Source: an uncultured Gemmatimonadales bacterium
GTDB lineage: Bacteria > Gemmatimonadota > Gemmatimonadetes > Gemmatimonadales > GWC2-71-9
Assembly: GCA_963695555.1 (NCBI GenBank)
Contig: CAVOGR010000002.1
Span: 64,001 to 128,000, forward strand
DNA length: 64,000 bases
Direction: 5' to 3'
Position 1 is the stretch's first letter, and each line of letters begins with the position of its first letter. Shown one piece after another: positions 8,693 through 16,712 of the stretch. The translations under genes and the position numbers were made by a program. Below the pieces are notes generated by a model. It worked only from the letters and a program-made list of their open reading frames with translations. It did no database searches and was not told the origin of the DNA.

Positions 8693-11011
8693 GTGATTCG
8701 ACTGCTTGGATGGACGGTTGTGATATTCGAAGCGCTGGGGGGCGGCTCCTTGTACGCGCAGGATACCCTACCCCCGGGACCGAGCGGCGCCATCGAGGTC
8801 GAGGTGCGGCGGGCCTCCACCCGCCTGGCCCTGGCCGATGCAACGGTGCGGCTCGACGGTACCCCGTCGATCTCGATTACCGATGCTGCCGGACGCGCCG
8901 TGCTCCGGAACATCGCCCCAGGCATCTACGCGCTCCGGGTAACTGCCATCGGCTTCCGCCCCTTCGCGGTGTCGGACGTGGTGGTGAGCAGCGGCAAGAC
9001 GCACACCGTGACGGTCGAGCTCTGGCCCAGCCCGATCGAGGTGGACGAACTGACCGCGGCGGCCTATTTCCAACCGGCGCCGGATGCAACCGGACGGACC
9101 GACGTCTTCGGCGCCGAGGAGGCTCGTCGCGCACCGGGAGTCCAGGAAGATGTGGTGCGAGCGGTAGCGCTCTTCCCAGGCGTCGCCGTGACGACCGCGG
9201 GGCGGAACGATCTCGTGGTTCGCGGCGGCGCGCCATTCGAGAATCTCTTCCTCATCGACAACATCGAAGTACCCAACATCAACCACTTCGGCTCCCAAGG
9301 CTCCACCGGCGGGCCATTGTCCCTCATCAACATCGACTTCGTCCGATCGGTCAGTTTCTCCAGCGGGGGCTTCGGCGCGCAATACGGCGACCGGACCTCG
9401 GCCGTCACCAACATCTCCTTACGCGATGGAAGCCGGGAGCGGGTGTCCGGAGAGCTCAACCTATCGGCCACCGGATTTGGCCTGATCGGCGAGGGGCCGC
9501 TCGGGCGGAACGGATCGTTCCTGCTCAGCGCCCGACGCAGCTATCTGGATCTGATCTTCAAGGCGGCGGGCTTCAGCTTCGTGCCCGCCTATTGGGACTT
9601 CCAACTGAAGGCCACCCGGCGCATGGGACAGAACGGCACCCTGTCGTTTCTCACCATCGGCGCCCTCAACGACATCAGCTTCGTCAACGACGACGCCGAG
9701 GATCGCTTCGACAACAGCAGGATCCTGGCGCCGGAGCAGCGGCAATACTTCTCGGGGCTCACCTACCAACAGGCCTTCGCGCGCGGCTACCTGGCCCTCA
9801 CACTGGGCCGCACCTTCACCCGTTTCCGGACGGTCCAGCGCGACTCGCTCGATCCGCCGCAGGTCGTGTTCCGGAGTTTCTCCACCGAGGGAGAGAACAG
9901 TCTCCGCGCCGACCTGACGCTCGAGCTGACGCCGCGCCTCACCATAGCGTTCGGCAACGTGGCCAAGTACGCGAGCGCCCTGGATTACGACATCATTCTG
10001 CCCGGCGAGTTGCGCCGCGATGATGTCGGTGCACCGCGGCCGCTTCGGGTCGACACCAGTTTCACCGCATTCCGGAACGCCACCTATGCCCAGGGCACCT
10101 GGCGGCAGAACCGCTGGACCGTAACGGCGGGCCTACGAGCCGATTACTACGATTTCCTGCGCGGCTCCTTCCGCCTCGCCGAGCGGATGGGGGTGGCGTA
10201 CCGAGTGGGACGCAACTCCGAGCTCAGGCTGAACCGTGGCCGGTACTATCAGGCTCCGTCCTACATTTGGTTGCTCGGCGATCCTCGAAACATCGAGACC
10301 CTCGAGCCCATCCGTGCGACCCACCTCGGGCTGGGCTTCGAGCAGTTGCTCCGAGCGGATCTCAGGTTCCAAATCGAGGGATACCACAAGACCTACCGCG
10401 ACTACCCGGCCCGGACATTCCGGCCTCAAGCCGTGTTGGCTCCGTCCGGATTCGAAGATGTGACCAACGACATTCCTTTTGGACTCGAGCCGCTGGTGAG
10501 CCAGGGAACCGGCCGCGCCTTCGGCGTCGAGGCGCTGCTCCAGAAACGGTTGAGCGACATCCCCCTCTACGGACTGGTGAGCCTGAGCCTGGGGCGCTCG
10601 GAGTTCGAGGGTCTGGATGGGGTCGAGCGGCCCGGCGCATTCGACACCCGGTTCATCGGGACGGTACTCGCAGGCTATCGCTTCAACCCACGGTGGGAGT
10701 TGAGCGGCAAGTTCCGGGTGGCCAGCGGGCAGCCGACCACCCCGTTCATTACGTCCGGGCCGCTCGCGGGGAGCCTCGATTTCTCGCGCTATAACGCCGG
10801 GCCGCGGCTTCCCGCCTTTCACGCCCTCGACATCCGGGTGGATCGCCGATGGAGCTTCCGCTCCTGGCAGCTGGTGGTCTACCTGGACGTGCAGAACGTC
10901 TATGGGCGCACCAACGTTTCGCAGATTCGGTGGAACGCGCAGGAGCAGCGGGTGGAAGACGACGAAGCGCTGGGAATTCTGCCCAGTATCGGTGTCAACA
11001 TCGAGTTCTAG
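8693..11011 (+). CDS. TonB-dependent receptor with an N-terminal carboxypeptidase-regulatory-like domain
   Basis: Plug motifs VVRGG..ENLFLIDNIEVPNINHF and GGFGAQYGDR; C-terminal Phe; GTG 8693 after GGGAG. Confidence 0.88.
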   Translation: MIRLLGWTVVIFEALGGGSLYAQDTLPPGPSGAIEVEVRRASTRLALADATVRLDGTPSISITDAAGRAVLRNIAPGIYALRVTAIGFRPFAVSDVVVSSGKTHTVTVELWPSPIEVDELTAAAYFQPAPDATGRTDVFGAEEARRAPGVQEDVVRAVALFPGVAVTTAGRNDLVVRGGAPFENLFLIDNIEVPNINHFGSQGSTGGPLSLINIDFVRSVSFSSGGFGAQYGDRTSAVTNISLRDGSRERVSGELNLSATGFGLIGEGPLGRNGSFLLSARRSYLDLIFKAAGFSFVPAYWDFQLKATRRMGQNGTLSFLTIGALNDISFVNDDAEDRFDNSRILAPEQRQYFSGLTYQQAFARGYLALTLGRTFTRFRTVQRDSLDPPQVVFRSFSTEGENSLRADLTLELTPRLTIAFGNVAKYASALDYDIILPGELRRDDVGAPRPLRVDTSFTAFRNATYAQGTWRQNRWTVTAGLRADYYDFLRGSFRLAERMGVAYRVGRNSELRLNRGRYYQAPSYIWLLGDPRNIETLEPIRATHLGLGFEQLLRADLRFQIEGYHKTYRDYPARTFRPQAVLAPSGFEDVTNDIPFGLEPLVSQGTGRAFGVEALLQKRLSDIPLYGLVSLSLGRSEFEGLDGVERPGAFDTRFIGTVLAGYRFNPRWELSGKFRVASGQPTTPFITSGPLAGSLDFSRYNAGPRLPAFHALDIRVDRRWSFRSWQLVVYLDVQNVYGRTNVSQIRWNAQEQRVEDDEALGILPSIGVNIEF

Positions 11012-11106
11012 GCCCCAGGTTCCCGACCTTGAACCGTGGCCGTAATGTGGGGTAGTATATCTGGCTCGATACGGTCTTACTCCAGCAGAGCGGTTCTTCT
11101 CGAGCT

Positions 11107-12054
11107 ATGTCTCAACCAATTCTGTCCCTCGACGGCGTGAGCAAGCACTTCGGCCCGGTGGCCGCGGTGGACCAGGTCAGTTTCGCCGTCGACCGGGGCC
11201 AGGTCGTGGGGTTCCTGGGGCCAAACGGGGCCGGGAAGTCCACCACCATGCGGATGATCACCCAGTTCATCGAGCCCGATCAGGGCCAGATCCAGTTCGA
11301 CGGCCAGCCGCTGTTCGAGGCCGGCCGTGAAGCCAAGCGCCGGATCGGTTATCTGCCGGAGAACAACCCGCTCTACACCGAGATGCTGGTCACGGAATAC
11401 CTCGACTTCGTCGCCGGGCTCCGAGCGATTCCTCGGGCGGAGCGGCTGGGCGAGGTGGACCGGGTCGTCGCGGCGACGGCCATCGAAGAGGTGTTCTACC
11501 GGCCGATCGGCGATCTGTCCAAGGGATTCAAGCAGCGGGTCGGGCTGGCGCAGGCCATCCTGCACCGACCGGACCTCCTGGTGCTCGATGAGCCGACCGA
11601 AGGGCTGGACCCGAACCAGCGGGTCGAGATCCGGCACCTCATCAGCCACCTCGGCAAAGACCGGACGGTCATCCTCTCGACCCACGTATTGCAGGAAGTG
11701 CAGCATACGTGCTCACGCCTCCTGATCATCAACCGCGGACAGATCGTGGCCGACGGCCCGGTCGAGCAGCTGGTCGCGAGCGCCAAGGGCCTGGTCCAGA
11801 TTGCGGTCGAGGTGAAGGGCAGCGGCGTCGCCGAGGCGCTCGAGAAGCTGGACGGGGTCACCCGCGTCGAGGCCGCGCCGGGCGCGGACGGGAGGACCGC
11901 CGTCACCGTCACGGCCGAGGGCAGCAAGGATGTCCGGCCGGCCATCTTCGGCCTGGCTCGCGACAAGCAATGGGCGCTCTATGAACTACACCAGGAAAGC
12001 GGCAGCCTGGAAGATCTCTTCCGTGAGCTGACGGCGGGACCGACGAAACCATGA
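11107..12054 (+). CDS. ABC transporter ATP-binding protein (GldA-like)
   Basis: Walker A GPNGAGKST, LSKGFKQRVGLAQA, LDEPTEGLD, STH. Confidence 0.92.
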   Translation: MSQPILSLDGVSKHFGPVAAVDQVSFAVDRGQVVGFLGPNGAGKSTTMRMITQFIEPDQGQIQFDGQPLFEAGREAKRRIGYLPENNPLYTEMLVTEYLDFVAGLRAIPRAERLGEVDRVVAATAIEEVFYRPIGDLSKGFKQRVGLAQAILHRPDLLVLDEPTEGLDPNQRVEIRHLISHLGKDRTVILSTHVLQEVQHTCSRLLIINRGQIVADGPVEQLVASAKGLVQIAVEVKGSGVAEALEKLDGVTRVEAAPGADGRTAVTVTAEGSKDVRPAIFGLARDKQWALYELHQESGSLEDLFRELTAGPTKP

Positions 12055-14291
12055 AGCGCATCTGGGTCATCGCGGCGCGGGAACTCCGCGCACTCCTCGA
12101 TCACCCGACCGGGTACATCCTGATCCTGGTGTTCCTCGGCGTGAACAACTTCCTGTTCTTCCGTCAGGTGTTCGTGTCGGGCGTCGCCTCGATCCGGCCA
12201 ATGCTGGATCTCATGCCCTGGCTCCTGCTCTTCCTGGTGCCGGCGGTGACCATGCGCGCCTTGGCCGAAGACACCCGAACAGGCACGCTCGAAGTGGTAC
12301 TGGCCCAGCCAGTGTCGGATTGGGAGCTGCTGCTCGGGAAGTACTTCGGCAGCGTCATGTTTCTCTGGATCGCGCTCGGCCTCACCCTGCTGGTGCCGGT
12401 CGGTCTGTCCTTCGGCGCCGACCTTCCGGCGGGAGTCATCGTCGCCCAATACGTGGGCGCCGCTCTCCTGGTTGCCGGGCTCGCCGGTGTAGGCATCTGG
12501 GCGTCCAGCCTGACCCGGAATCAGATCACCGCCTTCATTGTCGGCGTCGGCGTCATGTTCGTCCTGATCCTGGTCGGACTCGATCCCCTGCTCGTCGGTC
12601 TGCCGCCTGCCCTGGGCCTCGTGGCCGCCCGCCTCGGCGTCTTGGCCCATTTCGCCAACATCGGCCGGGGCGTCATCGACCTCCGCGACGTGATCTACTT
12701 CGTCTCGCTCGGCGCCGTCTTCATCACGCTCGCCTACGGCACGCTGGTCGGCCGCCGGCTGAGCGCCAAGGGGGAAGCCCGGAGGCGCTTGCGCATGGGC
12801 GTGCCCGTCCTGGTTGGGGCGGCAATCGTGGTGAACCTGCTCGGGAGCTACATCGGCGGCCGGCTCGACCTCACGCCTGGAAAGGCGTACACGCTCACGC
12901 GGACCACCAAGAACCTGGTCCGCAACCTGGATGACTTTGTGACGGTCAAGCTCTTCGTCTCGCAGGAGCTTCCGCCCCAAGTCGCCCTGGTGAAGCGCGA
13001 CATCGACGATCTGCTCCGTGACCTGCGCGGCGCGAGCGGCGGCAATCTCCGCGTGGTAGAACTGCACCCCGGTGACGACCCCGATGTGCGCGCGTCCGCC
13101 CGGGCACTCGGCATCCCCGCCGTGCAATTCAATGTGTTCGGGGAGTCGCGGCTGCAGATCCAGGAAGGGTACATGGGCATCGCGGTCGAACACGCGGGCA
13201 GAACGGAGACGATCCCATTTGTGCGCCGAAGCGACGACCTCGAATATCGGCTCGCCACCGCCATCCAGTCGCTGGCGCATGGGGACGAGCAATCCGTCAT
13301 CGGGCTCGTGACCAGTGCGCGCGGCCAGGTGGGCCAGCCCCTCTACCAGGCGCTGCAGCAGGAGTTGAGTAAGACCTATCAGGTCCGGCCGCTGTCCTTC
13401 CCGGCGCCGGGATTGCCGGAGGACGACATCAAGGTGCTGGTCCTCGCGGGGCATCCGGATTCCCTGCCCGCCGACCAGATGGAGCGGCTCGAGGCCTTCT
13501 TCGATCGGGGAGGGAGCGCCCTGGTGATGGCCAGTGCCATGCAGATGGATCCGTCGCAGCAGATGGTGGCGACGGAGCGGTCGGTTCCCTGGAACCGGGT
13601 AATCGCGCCGTTCGGCGTGGCGGTTCAGGCGGACATGGTGTACGACCTGCTGAGCAATGAGCCCGTCTCTCTGCCGACCCAGTTCGGGCGTGTGCTCACG
13701 GCCTATCCGTATTGGGTGCGTGCCGCCAGCACTGGCTCCTCCATTGTGAACGAACAGGCGCAGTCCCTCTTTCTGCCCTGGACCAGCTCCATCGATACCA
13801 CGGGCGCGGCGCCGGGCACGGTGACTCCCTTGTTCGTGTCCAGCCAAGCAGGCGGGGTCCAGACCCAGCAAGTCCTCTTGATGCCGCAGCAACAGTTCCC
13901 GCAAACCAACCTGGCCACCCGGGTCCTGGCCGTCATGGTCGACCCGAACGCTGTGGGCGATCAGGCTTCGACCGGCGGGCGGGGACGGCTCATCGTGGTC
14001 GGGAACTCCGAGTTCGTGGCGGATGACCAGCTCCGCTCCGCTCCCGAGAATCTGACATTCGTGCTGAATGCGATCGATTGGCTGTCCCAGGACGAGTCCC
14101 TGATCGCCATCCGCTCGAAGGACCGTACGCCGCCACCATTGGTACTGACCGAGGGCAAGCGGAACGCGGTGAAGTATGCCAATCTCATCGCATTGCCGAT
14201 CGTCGTGATCCTCGCTGCGATCGTGCGACTGCTCGGACGACGCCGCATGACCCGCCGCACCTACCGGCGCGGGGAACAGGAGCCGGCATGA
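12051..14291 (+). CDS. GldF-like ABC-2 permease fused to a GldG-family auxiliary domain
   Basis: AVTMRALAE..TGTLE, GVIDLRDVIYF, RLDLT..KAYTL, NAIDWL..DESLIAIRSK; ATGA overlap with upstream gene. Confidence 0.85.
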   Translation: MKRIWVIAARELRALLDHPTGYILILVFLGVNNFLFFRQVFVSGVASIRPMLDLMPWLLLFLVPAVTMRALAEDTRTGTLEVVLAQPVSDWELLLGKYFGSVMFLWIALGLTLLVPVGLSFGADLPAGVIVAQYVGAALLVAGLAGVGIWASSLTRNQITAFIVGVGVMFVLILVGLDPLLVGLPPALGLVAARLGVLAHFANIGRGVIDLRDVIYFVSLGAVFITLAYGTLVGRRLSAKGEARRRLRMGVPVLVGAAIVVNLLGSYIGGRLDLTPGKAYTLTRTTKNLVRNLDDFVTVKLFVSQELPPQVALVKRDIDDLLRDLRGASGGNLRVVELHPGDDPDVRASARALGIPAVQFNVFGESRLQIQEGYMGIAVEHAGRTETIPFVRRSDDLEYRLATAIQSLAHGDEQSVIGLVTSARGQVGQPLYQALQQELSKTYQVRPLSFPAPGLPEDDIKVLVLAGHPDSLPADQMERLEAFFDRGGSALVMASAMQMDPSQQMVATERSVPWNRVIAPFGVAVQADMVYDLLSNEPVSLPTQFGRVLTAYPYWVRAASTGSSIVNEQAQSLFLPWTSSIDTTGAAPGTVTPLFVSSQAGGVQTQQVLLMPQQQFPQTNLATRVLAVMVDPNAVGDQASTGGRGRLIVVGNSEFVADDQLRSAPENLTFVLNAIDWLSQDESLIAIRSKDRTPPPLVLTEGKRNAVKYANLIALPIVVILAAIVRLLGRRRMTRRTYRRGEQEPA

Positions 14292-15202
14292 GTACGTCCT
14301 TTCTGAAGCGGGCCGGCCTGGTGCTGCTCGCCCTCCTGCTTCTGTGGGGAATTCTGGCCCTGCTCCGCCGGGGCACGAGCGAGGACATCGCGGGCTTCGT
14401 CCTGCCGAGCTTCGACTCGGCCGCCTTGAATCGGATCACCATCACCACCGAGACCGATACCATCTCCCTCGTGCGGGCCCAGGGAAACGACTGGGAGGCC
14501 AACGGGCTACCCGCCGCGAGCCCGGCCGTAAACGATCTGTACAATGCCGTGTTCGACAGCACCACCGCGGCGCGGAGCGAACTCGCGGCGCGGAGCACGG
14601 CATCCCATGCACGCATGGGAGTGGAGGGGCTGGGCAAGTCGCACATGCTGTTCATGGCCGGCACCGATACGATCGCCGACCTGCGGGTGGGCAATCCCAC
14701 CGAGACCGGCCGTGGGGCCTTCGTGCGCCTGGGCGATGCACCCGAGGTGTACCGGGTGACGACCGACCTGGCCCGGCTTGGCTCGCAGCCGGTCGATCAT
14801 TGGCGCGACAAGCAGATCGTGGCCATTACGCCGGAGCAGGTCGATAACGTCACGGTCTCGTGGCCGGGCCGACGGTATGCGTTGACCCGGTCCGATGGCA
14901 TCTGGACCGTCGATGGCGCTGCCACCGATAGCACGGCCGTGGCGACCATGCTTCGGGGATACGCCAACCTCGAGGCCACGGGCTTCCCGACCGCCGATGA
15001 ACTCGATACCATCGACTTCTCGAGCCCGGACGGACGCATCGTCTTGCGCGGTATGGGCGGCGACACGCTGGCGGCATTGGAATTCGATTCCACCGCCGCT
15101 GGAATCTGGACCCGACGCGCCTCGGGCGGCCCCGTGTTCGAGTTGGCCGCGTGGTACGGCGCCCGGTTGGCGCCAGACAAGAGGGTGCTGACCGGTCGGT
15201 AA
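14288..15202 (+). CDS. DUF4340-like membrane-anchored protein
   Basis: N-terminal TM helix, WRDK motif, ATGA coupling to the GldG gene, typical position. Confidence 0.72.
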   Translation: MSTSFLKRAGLVLLALLLLWGILALLRRGTSEDIAGFVLPSFDSAALNRITITTETDTISLVRAQGNDWEANGLPAASPAVNDLYNAVFDSTTAARSELAARSTASHARMGVEGLGKSHMLFMAGTDTIADLRVGNPTETGRGAFVRLGDAPEVYRVTTDLARLGSQPVDHWRDKQIVAITPEQVDNVTVSWPGRRYALTRSDGIWTVDGAATDSTAVATMLRGYANLEATGFPTADELDTIDFSSPDGRIVLRGMGGDTLAALEFDSTAAGIWTRRASGGPVFELAAWYGARLAPDKRVLTGR

Positions 15203-15257
15203 GCAGCTCATGACAAATCACCGGTCGATCAACGGGCGCTGACTCTAGCGCCTGTCA

Positions 15258-15288
15258 CCCTACTCCCGACTCCCGACTCCCTACTCCC
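15258..15288. repeat. Heptamer tandem repeat (CCCTACT/CCCGACT)
   Basis: Directly visible, immediately before the permease start codon. Confidence 0.85.
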
Positions 15289-16641
15289 TTGTCCGTCTCC
15301 TACGCCCGTCGGCTCGGCCTCTTCTCGGGGACCATGATGGTGGTCGGCGGGATCATCGGGGCTGGGATCTTCCTCAACCCGGCGATCGTGGCGCAGCGGG
15401 TCGGCACCCCCGGCCTGACGCTTTCGGTCTGGGTGCTGGGCGGAGCGGTGGCGCTGATCGGGGCGTTCTGCTTTGGCGAGTTGGGTGACCGGCTCCCGAA
15501 GGCCGGCGGCGGCTATGTGTATCTGCGCGACGCCTTCGGACCGTTGCCCGCGTTCCTCTATGCCTGGGCTCTCCTGCTCGTCATCGCGACCGGAGCAATC
15601 GCCGCGGTTGCCGTTACGTTCGCCAACTATGCCATCGCACTCACGGGAGCACCCGAACGACTCGGGGTGCCTGTGGCCATTGGGGCCATCGTGCTGTTGT
15701 CGGCCGTCAACTACCTGGGGGTCAAGCCGGGGGCCGTCACCCAGAACGTCTTTACCGTGCTCAAGCTCGTGGCCATCGCCGGCTTGGTCGCGACAGGCCT
15801 CGCCTTCGCCGGCGCGGGGCCGGCCGAGCCCATGGCGGCCCTCGAACCGCCACACGGTTTTCTCGCCGTCGGCATCGCCGTGGCGTCGGCCCTGAGCCCG
15901 GTGCTCTTCGCGTACGGGGGCTGGCAGCAAACCAACTACATCGCGGAGGAGATCATCGATGTACGGCGCAACTTGCCGCGAGCGCTCGTGCTGGGCGTCG
16001 TCATCGTGGTCGTGTCGTACCTCCTAGTCAACGTGACCTACCTGAAGGCACTCTCGGCGCCGGGCCTCGCCGCAAGCAACGCCCCCGCCGCCGACGCCAT
16101 GGGCACCCTCTTTGGCGTCACCGGGGCGCGGCTCATTTCCGCCGGCATTGCCATCTCGACGTTTGGATTCCTGAACCTCGTTATTCTGGTGACGCCGCGG
16201 GTCTACCAGACCATGGCGAGCGACGGCCTCTTCTTTCCCGGGATCGCGCGGCTCCATCCGAAGCATCGGACGCCCACCGCCGCCATCACCTTCCAGGCCG
16301 CGTGGGCCATCCTGCTCACGGTGAGCGGGACCTATGGTGCCCTGCTGGACTACGTCGTGTTCGGTGATTGGATCTTCTTTGGACTGACGGTCGCCACTCT
16401 GTTCGTCTACCGCCGGCGCGATCGGGCAAGCGGCGCCGATCCGGCACCGGCCGGCCGGTTCCGAGTGCCGGGCTACCCGGTCACTCCCCTTCTCTTCGTG
16501 CTGGCAGCGGGGTATGTCGTGGCGGGCTCGATCGGCACCAACCCATCGAACGCGGCACGAGGTGCCGCCCTCCTGGCGCTGGGGGTGCCGGTGTTCTACT
16601 TCTGGCAGAAGAGATCACAGAAAGCGAGTCGCACAGCCTGA
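15289..16641 (+). CDS. APC-family amino acid permease
   Basis: IIGAGIF, ELG..LPKAGGGYVYL, FAYGGW; about 12 TM segments; TTG start uncertain. Confidence 0.88.
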   Translation: MSVSYARRLGLFSGTMMVVGGIIGAGIFLNPAIVAQRVGTPGLTLSVWVLGGAVALIGAFCFGELGDRLPKAGGGYVYLRDAFGPLPAFLYAWALLLVIATGAIAAVAVTFANYAIALTGAPERLGVPVAIGAIVLLSAVNYLGVKPGAVTQNVFTVLKLVAIAGLVATGLAFAGAGPAEPMAALEPPHGFLAVGIAVASALSPVLFAYGGWQQTNYIAEEIIDVRRNLPRALVLGVVIVVVSYLLVNVTYLKALSAPGLAASNAPAADAMGTLFGVTGARLISAGIAISTFGFLNLVILVTPRVYQTMASDGLFFPGIARLHPKHRTPTAAITFQAAWAILLTVSGTYGALLDYVVFGDWIFFGLTVATLFVYRRRDRASGADPAPAGRFRVPGYPVTPLLFVLAAGYVVAGSIGTNPSNAARGAALLALGVPVFYFWQKRSQKASRTA

Positions 16642-16658
16642 CCTACCGCCAACCGTCC

Positions 16659-16712
16659 ACTCCTCACTTCTTACTTCTTACTTCTTCCTCCTTACTCCTT
16701 CCTCTTCACTTC
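16659..16712. repeat. Degenerate heptamer repeat overlapping the 3' end of the DUF6067-like gene
   Basis: CTTCTTA/CTCCTTA-type units. Confidence 0.75.

Noticed and set aside
11979..13904. 641-aa minus-strand ORF, and similar long antisense ORFs (3854-4681, 19792-21153, 29872-31224, 46692-48299, 53699-54970)
   Set aside because: They are shadow frames of well-supported genes in high-GC DNA, with no recognisable motifs.
11107..15202. Gliding motility locus
   Set aside because: Only the widespread GldAFG-like ABC module is present, with no gldK-N or spr genes in the window.
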